This document shows, in pieces, positions 49,922 to 63,815 of a DNA stretch of 64,000 nucleotides; the first letter of the stretch is position 1, and the number at the start of each line of letters is the position of its first letter. Source of the DNA: Mustelus asterias (lineage: Eukaryota). The notes beneath the pieces were generated by a model, which was not told where the DNA came from, made no database searches, and worked only from the letters and a program-made list of their open reading frames with translations. The position numbers were made by a program, and so were the translations under genes. The stretch is taken from contig NW_027590128.1 in assembly GCF_964213995.1 (NCBI RefSeq), forward strand, positions 1,488,001 through 1,552,000. Direction: 5' to 3'.

Positions 49922-52900
49922 ATGGAAGGAAAAAGCACCATTCACAGTGGAGAGAAACTGTACACGTGTTCTGTGTGTGGACAAAGATTCAGCCAATCAT
50001 CTGCCCTTTTGAAACACCAGCGAGCTCACACTGGAGGGAGACTGTTCATTTGCAGTGTTTGTGGGAAAGGATTTACTCGATCATTTACCCTTCTCAGACA
50101 CCAGCGAGTTCACACTGGGGAGAGGCCATTTACCTGCTGTGTGTGGAAAGGAATTCACTCAGTTATCCTGCCTGCTAACACACTCACACTGGGGAGAGGC
50201 TGTTCACCTGCTCGGAATGTGGGAAGGGATTCATTAATTCAACTAATTTGCTGACACACCAGCGAGTTCACACTGGAGAGAGGCCTTTCACCTGCCCTGC
50301 ATGTGGCAAAGGATTCATGAATTCATCCAACCTGCAGAGACACCAACGAGTTCACACTGGGGAGAGACCGTTCACCTGCTCTGTGTGTGGGAAGGGATTC
50401 ACTCAGTCATCCCATCTGCAGACACACCAGCGAGTTCACACTGGGGAGAGGCCATTTACCTGTTCTGATTGTGGGAAGGAATTCACTCAGTTATCTCACC
50501 GGCTAAGACACCAGCGAGTTCACACTGGGGAAAGGCCATTCACCTGCTCCGAGTGTGGAAAGGGATTCACTCAAGCAAATGACCTACTGAGACACAAACG
50601 AGTTCACACTGGGGAGAAGCCATTCATCTGTTCTGTGTGTGGAAAGGGGTTCACTCAATCAAATGACCTGCTCAGACACGATCGAGTGCACACTGGGGAG
50701 AGACCATTTATCTGCTCTGAGTGTGGGAAGGGATTCACTCGGTCATCCAACCTATTGGATCACCAGAGAATTCACACTGGGGAGAGACTATTTATCTGCT
50801 CTGAGTGTGGGAAGGGATTCACTACCTCATCCAGCTGGCAGGGGCACAAGCGAGTTCACACTGAAGCAAGAACTTTGACCTGCACCGAGCCTGGGAAGGG
50901 AGTCACAATCTCATCCAGCCAGCAAGGACACCGGAGAGTTCAGACTGAGGGAAGTCCAGTTACCTGTACTGAGTCTGGAAAGAGAGTCATTCAGTCATCC
51001 AAGCAGCAGGGACACCGGAGAGTTCAGATTGAGGAAAGTTCAGTTACCTGCACTGAGGGAAGTTCAGTTACCTGCACTGAGGAAAGTCCAGTTACCTGCA
51101 CTGAGGGAAGTTCAGTTATCTGCACTGAGGGAAGTCCAGTTACCTGCACTGAGGGAAGTTCAGTTACCTGCACTGAGGGAAGTTCAGTTACCTGTACTGA
51201 GGGAAGTTCAGTTACCTGCACTGAGGGACGTTCAGTTACCTGCATTGAGGGACGTTCAGTTACCTGCACTGAGGGAAGTTCAGTTACCTGCACTGAGGGA
51301 AGTTCAGTTACCTGCACTGAGGGAAGTTCAGTTACCTGCACTGAGGGAAGTTCAGTTACCTGCACTGAGGGAAGTTCAGTTACCTGTACTGAGGAAAGTC
51401 CAGTTATCTGCACTGAGGGAAGTCCAGTTACCTGCACTGAGGGAAGTCCAGTTACCTGGACTGAGGAAAGTTCAGTTACCTGCACTGAGGGAAGACCAGT
51501 TATCTGCACTGAGGGAAGTTCAGTTATCTGCACTGAGGGAAGTCCAGTTACTTGCACTGAGGGAAGTTCAGTTGCCTGCTCTGCGTCTGGGAAGGGAGTC
51601 ATTCAGTCATCCAGCCAGCAGGGATGCCACAGAGTTCGCACTGAGGAAAGTCCAGTTACCTGCACAGAGTCTGGGAAGGGATTCATTCCATTATCTAATC
51701 TGCTGACAGACGAGCGAGACGACACCGATGAAAGACCTTTGAAATGTCCGTACAGTGGGACTTGTTTTCAAAGTTCTGTGGAATTGGTGTCCCATCAATG
51801 TGTTCACACTGACGAGAGACTATTCAGGTGCTCTCACTGTGGGGCTGCGTTCATGCGATCGTCTGACCTCACTGAACACCAATGCACTCACTCTGGGGAA
51901 AGGCTCCTCACTTTCCCCAAGTGTGGAAAGGGATTCACTCAGTCATCCAACCTGCTGACACGCCAGCAAGGTCGCAATGTGAAGAGGCAGTTCACTTGTC
52001 CCGAGTGTGGGAAGGGATTTACCCAGTCAACCAACCTGCTGAGACACCAGCGAGTCCACACTAGGGAGAGGCCATTCCTCTGCTCCGAGTGTGGGAAGGG
52101 ATTCACTGAGTTATGCAACCTGATGACACACCAACGGGTTCACACTGGGGAGAGGCCCTTCCTCTGCTCAGAGTGTGGGAAGGGTTTTATTAATTCCACC
52201 AACATGCTGCGACACCAGCGAGTTCACACTGGAGAGAGGCCGTTCACCTGCCTCAATTGTGGGAAGAAATTCACTCAGTTACCACATCTACAGAGACACC
52301 AGCGAGTTCACTCAGGGGAGAGGCCATTCCCCTGCACTGTGTGTGAGAAGGGATTCGCTCAGTTATCACACCTGGTAAGACACCAACGAGTTCACACTGG
52401 GGAGAAACCATTCACCTGCTCCCAGTGTGGGAAGGAATTCGCCCAGTCAAATGACTTGCTGAGACACCAGCGACTTCACACTGAGGAGAGACCATCCATG
52501 TGGCTCTGAGTGTGGGAAGAGATTCACTCAGTTATCCAGTCTGCTGAAACACCAGAGAGTTCACACTAGGGAGGTGCTGTCCATCTGCTCTACATGAGAA
52601 AACGGATTCTCTCAGTCATCCTGCCTGCTTTGATTCACCAGTAATTTCACATTGGACAAAACCCTTTAAATGCCGGGACTGTGGGAAGTACAATAAATGT
52701 TCCTGGGAACTGCAACATCTACATGTTCATACTGATCAGATACCATTCAGGTGCTTTCACTGCAGATGCGTCCAAGAAATCATTTCAACTTACTGTACAC
52801 CGGAAATTTCACAGTGCGGAGAGCCTCCACCTGCCTTGAATGTGGGAAGGAATTTGCTTATTTATCCCATGTGCTGAGATACCAGCGAGTTCACAATTAA
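49922..52900 (+). pseudogene. Large C2H2 ZNF (class B) with frameshift in finger 3, long open frame 50248-52509 and internal 8-aa repeat
   Basis: [12 protein letters not shown] start; small deletions near 50140 and 50186; first in-frame ATG of the long frame at 50317; decayed fingers after 52500. Confidence 0.75.
51028..51579 (+). repeat. In-frame 24-bp coding minisatellite, 23 x TEGSSVTC
   Basis: 552 bp = 23 x 24 (ACTGAGGGAAGTTCAGTTACCTGC); no indels or in-frame stops. Confidence 0.97.
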
Positions 52901-53074
52901 CTACAGTGATCAGACTTTGCTGTTGATCATGTTCAGGATTGAATCATGTTAATTGGGGTCTGTTTCTGCTGACGTTAGTAAACCCCACCCTAGTTATAGG
53001 GGCTGATCCTCTTGCTAAAAGTCAAATAAGTCAACTTTGCATCAAATAAACTTGTATTCTTTTTACTATCTCCG

Positions 53075-53290
53075 ACATCAAGTCAGAAGGTCTCTCCCCT
53101 CCCCTGTCTCCTCCATCCTCACCTCCAACAAAAAGTGTGAGGAGCTCATGGAGCTTCTCTGTCACTAAGATTGAGACAATCTGATCAGCTGCCTCTGCTG
53201 CGTCCCTCCCTTCCACTGGCCCATTGGGCTGAACGGCTTCTACAGTTTCCCCTTGTCTGAGCCCTGAACCCACATCTTCCCCTAGTTTCT
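53075..53290 (+). mobile_element. L2-like LINE fragment carried downstream of several ZNF paralogs
   Basis: Homologous on the opposite strand to 31588-31715 and 60700-60800; relic resembling CEELM..VTKIETI. Confidence 0.5.
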
Positions 53291-53767
53291 CTCTCATATC
53301 CCTTCATGCCCATCTTGTCCATCAGACCCACCGTGTGCTCAAAGGGCTGAATGGCCACCCTCTGTGCTGTAACAATTGGCCATCAACCCCAAATTGCTGA
53401 TCGCCAAACTTACCCACGTAAACTGGGATTGTTCTCACTTTCCAGGTGTTACCCTGACTCTATTAAATATTTGAAATGGGAAACTAGCAAACAATGGTGT
53501 GTGGGTTTGTTACTGACATATTGACAGAGGTTGATTGTCAGGATGGACATGAACAATCATCACACGGTGTGAATGGTCGGAGCTGGAACTTGGGCTTTGT
53601 ACCCTATGGTGAAATTTTTCAGAGTGAGGTAGGGGGAGGGGGTGGGGAGGAAGGAAAGTGGGGTTGGGGTTATAATCAGATCAGCCATGATCATATTGAA
53701 TGATGTAATAGCCTCGAAAAGCTGGGTGGCCTGCTCCTAATTCGTATGTGCATATGTACTTTTTCAG

Positions 53768-54062
53768 AGAATCCCTACAATGCAGAAGGAGGCCATTCTG
53801 CCCATTGAGTCTGCACCGACCACAATCCCAACTAGGCCCTATCCCCACTTACCCATGCTAATCCCCCTGACACCAGGCTCAATTTAGAATGGCCAATTAA
53901 CCTAACCTGCACATCTATGGACTGTGGGAGGAAACCGGAGCATCCAGAGGAAACGCACACAGACACGGTGAGAATATGTAAACTCCATACGGACAATGAC
54001 CCAAGGCCGGAATTGAACACGGGTCCCTGGTGCTGTGAGACAGCAGTCCTAACCACTGTGAT
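53768..54062 (-). mobile_element. V-SINE, tail B
   Basis: V core and CR1-type tail on the minus strand. Confidence 0.9.
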
Positions 54063-54199
54063 GACCTATGGTAGGATCTCATCCTCACTTTCCCACATTC
54101 AAACAAAGACTAACTGAGAGTCCATCTGTAATGGCAGCCAGATTGTCCACAATCCCCCGCGCTGTAGAAACTGTTCTATCTGCCGCAGGCTGGCCGGGT

Positions 54200-54414
54200 G
54201 GATGGCGCATGCTCAGTCATTGACAGATCACAATACCCGAGTGATTGATGGCAGCTCCGGACCAATAGCAAGAGGGGGCGGGGCTGGAGTACCGAGCGGG
54301 AGCGGCTGGTCCTCCAACCAGAGTAAATGAGGGGCGGGGCTGAGCTCTGCATCATTGTGAAAGCTGCTTTGTGTCAAACTCCAGGAGAAAACTGGACCTT
54401 TCTGTTTGTGGCTT
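54200..54414 (-). promoter_or_regulatory. Promoter module P (copy 3), internally deleted
   Basis: GCGCATGCTC, CCAATAG, two GC boxes; only one intact CCAAT. Confidence 0.6.
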
Positions 54415-54997
54415 CAAACAGATGGAGCCCTGTGGGTGCGGAGCAAACAGATGGAGCCCTGTGGGTGCGGAGCAAACAGATGGAGCCCTGTGGGTGCGGA
54501 GCAAACAGATGGAGCCCTGTGGGTGCGGAGCAAACAGATGGAGCCCTGTGGGTGCGGAGCAAACAGATGGAGCCCTGTGGGTGCGGAGCAAACAGATGGA
54601 GCCCTGTGGGTGCGGAGCAAACAGATGGAGCCCTGTGGGTGCGGAGCAAACAGATGGAGCCCTGTGGGTGCGGAGCAAACAGATGGAGCCCTGTGGGTGT
54701 GGAGCAAACAGATGGAGCCCTGTGGGTGCGGAGCAAACAGATGGAGCCCTGTGGGTGCGGAGCAAACAGATGGAGCCCTGTGGGTGCGGAGCAAACAGAT
54801 GGGAGCCCTGTGGGTGCGGAGCAAACAGATGGAGCCCTGTGGGTGCGGAGCAAACAGATGGAGCCCTGTGGGTGCGGAGCAAACACATGGAGCCCTGTGG
54901 GTGCGGAGCAAACAGATGGAGCCCTGTGGGTGTGGGGGCAAACAGATGGAGCCCTGTGGGTGTGGGGGCAAACAGATGGAGCCCTGTGGGTGCAGAG
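54415..54997. repeat. 29-bp minisatellite, 20 copies
   Basis: 583 bp = 20 x 29 plus three single-base insertions; same unit and flanks as 25574-27458. Confidence 0.97.
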
Positions 54998-55795
54998 CAA
55001 ACACATCAACATGTCACTGAGATGGGTTCATTCAGCACACACAGCAGGGATTAATTCAGGAAATTACACAGTGCAGTGAGAAAGGAAATTCAGTGCCAGG
55101 TTTGAGGAGCTGGGAATTGCAACTGAAGGTTTGAGAAAAGAAAAAAACTGGAGTAAGGAAGGAGAAAATGACAATAAACTGAAGATGAATTTACATTCCT
55201 GGGTGTCCTTTATCCCGAATTTTAATCACTCCACCATTGGTAGCCGTGTCTTCAGCTGCCTGGACCCCAAACTCTGGAATTTCCTCCCTGAACCTCTCCA
55301 TCTTTCCACTTCACTTTCCTCCTTAAAGACTCTCCTTATAACTGATCTCTTTGACCAAGACTTTGGATCATCCGACCCAATATGTCCTTATGGTTCTGTG
55401 AAACTGCTTAGGACATTTTATTAAGTGAAAAGCTCACTACAACTAAAAGTGAGATCTGATCACTTGCTGAGTGAGTCTGTGTAAATATAGCTCAGACAGA
55501 CACAGCTTGTGTCAGAGTTTAGTGAGATCTGATCACTTACTGAGTGAGTGAGTCTGTGTTAATGTAACTCAGACACAACTTCTGTCATAATTCAGTGATA
55601 TTTAATCACTTACTGTGTGATATACATATATATCAATTGCATGGCTATGTCAAAACATATATCCGGATATATGAATTAGGAGCAGGAGTCGGCCACTCAG
55701 CCTGGTCTGTCATTCAATAAGATCATGTCTGGTCTGATTGTAACCTCAACTCCATAAACCCACCAACCCCAATATCCTTTCACCCCCTTATTTAT

Positions 55796-58700
55796 TGTTA
55801 CGATCCTTGACCAGACCCCAGGATACAAGGAGAAATCCAGTTAAAATAGATAATATTTGAGACAAGACATTTAAGTATTATAGAATCCCTACAGTGCAGA
55901 AGGGGGCCATTTGGCCCATCGAGTCTACACCAATCACAATCCCACCCAGGCCCTATCCCCGTAACCCCACTAGCTCTGCTAGACCCCTGACACTAAGAGG
56001 CAATTTAGTATGGACAATCCACCTAACCTGCACATTTTTGGATTATGGGAGGAAACCAGAACACCCGGAGGAAACCCACGCAGACATGGGGAGAACGTGC
56101 AAACTGCACACAGACAGTGACCCAAGGCTGGAATCGAACCTGGATCCCTGGCACTGTGAGGCAGCAGTGCTAACCACTGTGCCACCGTGCCGCCCATGTT
56201 TAGCAAATGAAGAAAGGCACAAGATTCCACAGATTCAGAACAAACAAAATAAACTTTACTATGCAAGGTAGGAGAGGTAAAAAATTTACAATATAAGAAC
56301 ATAAGAACATAAGAAATAGGAGCAGGAGTAGGCCATCTAGCCCCTGGAGCCTGCCCCGCCATTCAATAAGATCATGGCTGATCTGACGTGGATCAGTACC
56401 ACTTACCTGCCTGATCCCCATAACCCTTAATTCCCTTACCGATCAGGAATCCATCCATCCGCGCTTTAAACATATTCAGCGAGGTAGCCTCCACCACCTC
56501 AGTGGGCAGAGAATTCCAGAGATTCACCACCCTCTGGGAGAAGAAGTTCCTCCTCAACTCTGTCTTAAACCGACCCCCCTTTATTTTGAGGCTGTGTCCT
56601 CTAGTTTTAACTTCCTTACTAAGTGGAAAGAATCTCTCCGCCTCCACCCTATCCAGCCCCCGCATTATCTTATAAGTCTCCATAAGATCCCCCCTCATCC
56701 TTCTAAACTCCAACGAGGACAAACCCAATCTCCTCAGCCTCTCCTCATAATCCAAACCCCTCATCTCCGGTATCAACCTGGTGAACCTTCTCTGCACTCC
56801 CTCCAATGCCAATATATCCTTCCTCATATAAGGGGACCAATACTGCACACAGTATTCCAGCTGCGGCCTCACCAATGCCCTGTACAGGTGCATCAAGACA
56901 TCCCTGCTTTTATATTCTATCCCCCTCGCGATATAGGCCAACATCCCATTTGCCTTCTTGATCACCTGTTGTACCTGCAGACTGGGCTTTTGCGTCTCAT
57001 GCACAAGGACTCCCAGGTCCCTTTGCACGGTAGCATGTTTTAATTTGTTTCCATTGAGATAGTAATCCCATTTGTTATTATTTCCTCCAAAGTGTATAAC
57101 CTCGCATTTCTCAACGTTATACTCCATTTGCCATATCCTCGCCCACTCACTCAGCCTGTCCAAATCTCTCTGCAGATCTTCTCCGTCCTCCACACAATTC
57201 ACTTTTCCACTTATCTTTGTGTCGTCTGCAAACTTCGTTACCCTACACTCCGTCCCCTCCTCCAGATCATCTATACAAATGGTAAATAGTTGCGGCCCGA
57301 GTACCGATCCCTGTGGCACGCCACTAGTTACCTTCCTCCAACCGGAAAAACATCCATTTATTCCGACTCTTTGCTTCCTGTCGGATAGCCAGTCCCCAAT
57401 CCACTTTAACACACTACCCCCAACTCCGTGTGCCCTAATCTTCTTCAGCAGCCTTTTATGGGGCACCTTATCAAATGCCTTTTGGAAATCCAAAAACACC
57501 GCATCCACCGGTTCTCCTCCATCAACCGCCCTCGTCACATCTTCATAAAAATCCAACATGTTCGTCAAGCACGACTTTCCCCTCATGAATCCATGCTGCG
57601 TCTGATTGATCGAACCATTTCTATCCAGATGCCCTGCTATCTCCTCTTTAATAATGGATTCCAGCATTTTCCCTACTACAGACGTTAAGCTGACCGGCCT
57701 ATAGTTACCCGCCTTTTGTCTCCTTCCTTTTTTAAACAGCGGCGTAACATTAGCCGTTTTCCAATCAACCGGCACTACCCCAGAATGCAACGAGTTTTGA
57801 TAAATAATCACTAACGCATCCACTATTACCTCTGACATTTCTTTCAATACCCTGGGATGCATTCCATCCGGACCCGGGGACTTGTCCACCTTCAGTCCCA
57901 TTAGTCTACCCAGCACTGCCTCTCTGGTAACATTAATCGTATTAAGTATTTCTCCTGCTGCCAACCCTCTATCGTTAATATTTGGCATACTATTTGTGTC
58001 CTCCACCGTGAAGACCGACACAAAAAACTTATTTAAAGACTCAGCCATATCCTCATTTCCCACTATTAACTCCTCCCTCTCGTCCTCCAAGGGTCCAACA
58101 TTCACTCTAGCCACTCTATTCCTTTTTATATATTTATAAAAACTTTTACTATCATTTTTTATATTAATTGCTAGCCTAGCTTCATAGTCTATCCTTCCTT
58201 TCTTTATCGCTTTCTTAGTCTCTCTTTGTTGTTTCTTAAATTTTTCCCAATCACTTGTTTCTCCACTATTTTTGGCCACTCTGTACGCAGCTGTTTTTAT
58301 TTTAATACTCTCCTTTATTTCCTTCGTTATCCACGGCTGGTTATCCCTTTTCTTACAATCCTTGTTTTTTGCTGGAATATATTTTTGCTGAGAACTGAAA
58401 AGGATCTCCTTAAAAATCCTCCACTGTTCCTCAGCTATCCTACCTGCCAGCCTGCTCTCCCAGTCTACCTTAGCCAATTCATCCCTCATCCTATCATATT
58501 TCCCTCTGTTCAAACAGAGGACATTGGTTTGAGACCAAACTTTCTCCTCTTCCATCTGAATCAGAAATTCGACCATATTGTGGTCACTAGAGCCAAGAGG
58601 GTCCTTCACAATAAGATCCTTAATTCTACCTACCTCGTTACACAATACCAGATCCAAAATAGCTCGTTCCCTCGTCGGTTCCGTAACATGCTGTTCAAGG

Positions 58701-59889
58701 AAACTATCCCGACAGCATTCTAAGAACTCTTCCTCCATTCCACCCTTACCGACTTGAGTCTGCCAGTCAATGTGCATGTTGAAGTCCCCCATGATTATTG
58801 CCGTTCCGTTTTTACACGCATCCCTTATCTGCTTGTTTACAGCCCTCCCTACCTCAACATTATTATTTGGGGGCCTATATACCACACCTACTAGTGTCTT
58901 TCTCCCTCTACTATTCCTCATCTCTACCCATAACGATTCCACGTTTTGTTCCTCAGAGCCTATGTCATCCCTCAGTACTACCCTGATATTATCTCTTATT
59001 AATAGCGCGACCCCACCACCTTTTCCTTCCTGTCTATTCTTCCTAAACGCCTGATACCCCTGGATATTCATCTCCCAGTCCTGGTCACCTTTCAGCCACG
59101 TTTCTGTAATGGCCACTAGATCGTACCCACTTGTGCTGATTTGCACCATCAACTCATTCACCTTGTTCCGAATGCTTCTGTAGGTGTATTTTATTCTCTG
59201 ACATTCATGGTAAATGAGGTACATGTGAATTAACAAACTGTGGTCGGACACATCACACTGTAAAATAAAATGACAGATGCAATCAAAATCAATTCCATGG
59301 ATTTCTCCACGACCTTTCCAGACATCAGACCCGCTGTGAGTCAACCAATCTCACGAAAGCTTTACCTTTCTCATGAGGGTTTTCCAACAGCATCTTTGAA
59401 TATCTCTCCATGGAATTGTCTCTAAACATTAGCCCCAGTCAGATGCTTTTAATAATTGCCCACCTCAGAGAGTTTCAATCTCAGCTCCTGAAATTCTTTC
59501 TCCCTGGATTCCGGAGTACACTCAAACACCAGCTTTCAAACATATTTTGAGATCTCTTGTCGTGCCAAGCAGAATATCGCTACTCCAAAGGGACACCTTT
59601 GCCCCAATGGCCCTCTTTACTTAAAGTCTGCTCCCCACAGTCTTTCTCCAACTTTTTAGACTCAACTTTACTGGGACCTCAGCCTATCTCTGTGGTATTT
59701 CTTGGCTATCAAACTCCCTGAAGCTGCATCAAGAAGTACTGATCACTGACCCTTGAAATGATCTGGTGACCCCCCAACACTCCCAGAAGGTTCCACTCTT
59801 GTTACCAGGCAGCAACCATCTCCAGATGTTTAACAATCTCCAGATGTTTAATTTAGAAGCCAGGAACACAATTAATTAAATTCCGGACA
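55796..59889. mobile_element. Solo LTR (about 0.9 kb net) in an old CR1, itself interrupted by a V-SINE (55880-56198) and a young CR1
   Basis: TG...CA termini with 4-bp TSD TTAT (55792-55795 and 59890-59893); the flanking CR1 3' UTR resumes across it. Confidence 0.65.
56295..59179 (-). mobile_element. Young CR1 LINE with uninterrupted ORF2 (APE + RT), 5'-truncated
   Basis: About 928 open codons with ITETW, GDFN, SDH, QHGF, DFQKAFD, GVPQGSVLGP, FADD; (TTCTTATG)n tail. Confidence 0.97.
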
Positions 59890-60892
59890 TTATCGAGAAT
59901 CTATCTACCTCTGTTTTGAAAATATGCAAAGACTCTGCGTCTACTGCCTTTTGAGGAATAGAGTTCCAAAAGACTCACGATCCATTGAGAGAGAAAAAAG
60001 TCTCCTAATCTCTGTCTTAAATAAAAGACTCTACATTTTTATATGGTGACTCCTAGTTCTAGATTGTCCAACAATAGGCAACATTCTCTCCACATCCGCT
60101 CTGTCAAGTTGTCTTTTACACTTCTAAGCTCCAGCTCAGAGAAGCTGAGTCTGTCCAACCTTTCCTTTTGCAGGATATTAGAGAGTGAGGATTTGCAGAC
60201 AGAAAACTCAAACAAAAATCTTAACAAGATCTTACAGCAGGGGCTCCCGAACCATGAACTGTGTTCCCTGGTGAGGTCACGGGCTGAGGTATTGGTGTCG
60301 TGACCTTTGGGGCAGCAATGGTAGTTGTGGGGCAGAGATTCAGCTTGGACAGTCCTGCTTTGAGGCTCCATGACCTGCATGCAAGTGTTCTTGCTGCTGG
60401 TTCACGTGTCCAGAGAATGAAGTCTCAGGCCTGAGGCCCCATCACTGCCTCTGTCATAAAGACCAGTGAACAACTGACTGCTGCTCCACCCCTCACTGCT
60501 CTCTCAACTCGTTCCTCCCAGCATTTCCACAATTCTTACCAACTCTGCCCTGCCCCCACAACTCTTACACCACCCCCACCCCAGTCTCACTCTGATGTCT
60601 GTGTTCTGTGGACGAGGTTTCAACTAATCACCCGATCTGGAGAGAAAAAGGAAACCCTGCAAAGAATCTGGAGAAGGCTGAGAGATCAGATCTAGGACAG
60701 GAGAATGTCAGAGACAGATTGGCTAGGTGGAAGGGAGAGAAGCAGCAGAGGCATTGACTCAATCTCAGTGACAAAGAAGCTCCATGAGCTCCTCACAGAG
60801 GAAGAGCCGTTCAAAATGAGATATTCAAAAGATTCAATACGCTGTGCATTTAGCACAAAGCTGATTTACTTGACTTTTATCCATAATAAAAG

Positions 60893-61205
60893 GGACGGCT
60901 CAGTGGTTAGCACTGCTGCCTCACAGCACCAGAGACCCGAGTTCAATTCTGGCCTTGGGTGACTGTGTGGAGTCTACACGTTCTCCCTGTGTCTGCGTGG
61001 CTTTCCTCTGGATGCTCCGGTTTCCTCCCACAGTCCAAAGGTGTGTGGATTACGTGGATTGGCCATGCTAAATTGCCCCTTAGTGTCAGGGGGATTAGCA
61101 GGGTAAATATATGAATTTACGGGGATAGGACCTGGGTGGGATTGTTGTCAGTGCAGGCTCGATGGGCCGAATGGCCTCCTTCTGCACAGTAGGAATTCTA
61201 TGACT
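60893..61205 (+). mobile_element. V-SINE, tail B
   Basis: Head, V core and CR1-type tail. Confidence 0.9.
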
Positions 61206-61302
61206 CTCTGATTCTTTAAACATTAAGCACTCCAACTGGAGCTGGGATTTACTAATATCAACTGAAACAGATCTCAGTGAACTCTGTTCAGTCACTACTG
61301 TA

Positions 61303-62010
<708 letters not shown>

Positions 62011-62089
62011 CACCCACTGTCAGAATGAACATGGTTCAGTCCTGGATGTGATTAACAGCAGCAATAACAGCAGAATCCAACCCCTGTCA

Positions 62090-62678
62090 TCACTTGTGAA
62101 TTCGCTGGTGTCTCAGCAGGTGGGATGACCAAGTGAATCCCTTCCCGCACACGGAGCAGGTGAATGGTTTCTCCCCAGAGTGAATTCGCTGGTGTGTCTG
62201 CAGGCTGGAGAACTGAGTGAATCCCTTCCCACACACGGTGCAGGTGAACAGCTTCTCCCCGGTGTGAACTCGCTGGTGTGTCAGCAGGGTGGATGAGTGA
62301 GTAAATCTCTTCTCACACTCTGAGCAGGTGAACGGCCGCTCCCCAGTGTGAACTCGCCAGTGTGCCAGCAGGGTGGAGGAGTCTTTAAATCCCTTCCCAC
62401 AGTCAGAGCAAATGAACGGCCTCTCCCCAGTGTGAACTCGCTGGTGTCTCAGCAGAAGGGATGGATTAGTGAATCCCTTCCCACATTGAGAGCAGGTGAA
62501 TGGCCTCTCGACTGTGAACCTGTTGGTGTGTCAGCAGTGTGGACGACTGAGCAAATCCCTTCCCACACTTGGAGCAGATGAATGGTCTCTCCCCAGTGTG
62601 ACTGCGTCGATGAGTTTCCAGCTCAGACGGGGACCTGAATCCCTTCTCACAGTCCCCACATTTCCACGGTTTCTCCAT
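62090..62678 (-). pseudogene. C2H2 ZNF (class A), 7 fingers, frameshift after finger 2
   Basis: [10 protein letters not shown] at 62678; deletion at CACAGTCGAGAGG near 62510; ends HK* at 62090. Confidence 0.85.
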
Positions 62679-63510
62679 GGTGCGGGTGTCCTTGTGACTC
62701 TCCAGGTTAAACAATAAGTTAAATCTCACATGGAACACGTGTACAGTTTCTTCCCGTTGTGAATGGCGATGTTTTTTCAGGCTGTGTAACAGGTTAAAGC
62801 TCTTTCCACACTCAGTTCACTGGAACACTCTCAATCAGGTGTGTGTGTGTCTCGGTGCTTTTCCAGTCACACTGATGTTAGAATGGCCGAAGGTTTCACA
62901 TCCCAGTGAATTGAGTGGCTCAGATCTTGATGTTTGTTTTGAGATTTCTGTCTCAAAATTCTCCCCTTCTAATATCCTGTAAAAGGAGTTCACAAAAGTC
63001 ACCACTATTAGTGTAGGATAAAAATTCAGAACAGACAGTTTTAGTTTCTCTGGAACAATCTACCTCTCATTCCCCCAAAACTGTAAATCTGTCTATTTTT
63101 CCTCCATTCTCAGTCTGCTGTCCCTCCAACACTCCTGAAGATGCTAATTCATGTTGATTGACAGATCAATACATAATGCTTCCTGTCCTCAACACAGAGA
63201 CCATAACATCATGGAAAGTAGGAGGAATAGACCATTCAGCCCATTGAGCCTGCCGTTCCATTCAATAAGATGATGGTTGATCCGATTGTGCCCTTAACTC
63301 CACGTTCCCGCCTGTCGGCCATAACTCTTGTAGATAACAATCTGCCTAACTCAGCCTGATGCAGCCTCCACTGCTCCCTGGGGAAAATAATTCCAAAGAC
63401 CCCCTGAGGGAAGAAATTTCTCCTCCTCTCCATTAGAAATGAGAAACCCTTTATATTTGGCATTCTGCCCATGTGGGGAAATAACCTCTCTTCATCTGTC
63501 AAGCTACCTT

Positions 63511-63815
63511 GGGCAGCACGGTGGCACAGTGGTTAACACTGCTGCCTCACAGTGCCAAAGATCCATGTTCAATTCCCGGCTTGGGTCACTGTCTATGCGG
63601 ATTCTGCACATTCCCCCCGTGTCTGTGTGGGTTTCTTCCAGATGCTCCGGTTTCATCGCACAGTCCAAAAGACGTGCTGGTTAGGTGCACTGGCCAAACA
63701 AAATTCTCCCTCAGTGTACCCAAACAGGCACTGGAGTGTGGCGACTAGGGGATTTTCACAGTAACTTCTTTGCAGTGTTAGTGTAAGCCTACTTGTGGCA
63801 CTAATAAATAAAATT
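63511..63815 (+). mobile_element. V-SINE, tail A, within a decayed minus-strand CR1
   Basis: Full head GGGCAGCACGGTGGCACAGTGGTT, V core and tail A. Confidence 0.9.

Noticed and set aside
59180-59344. N-terminal 55 aa of the 983-aa ORF as part of CR1 ORF2
   Set aside because: It is flanking LTR sequence that happens to be in frame; CR1 homology starts at RSIRNK.
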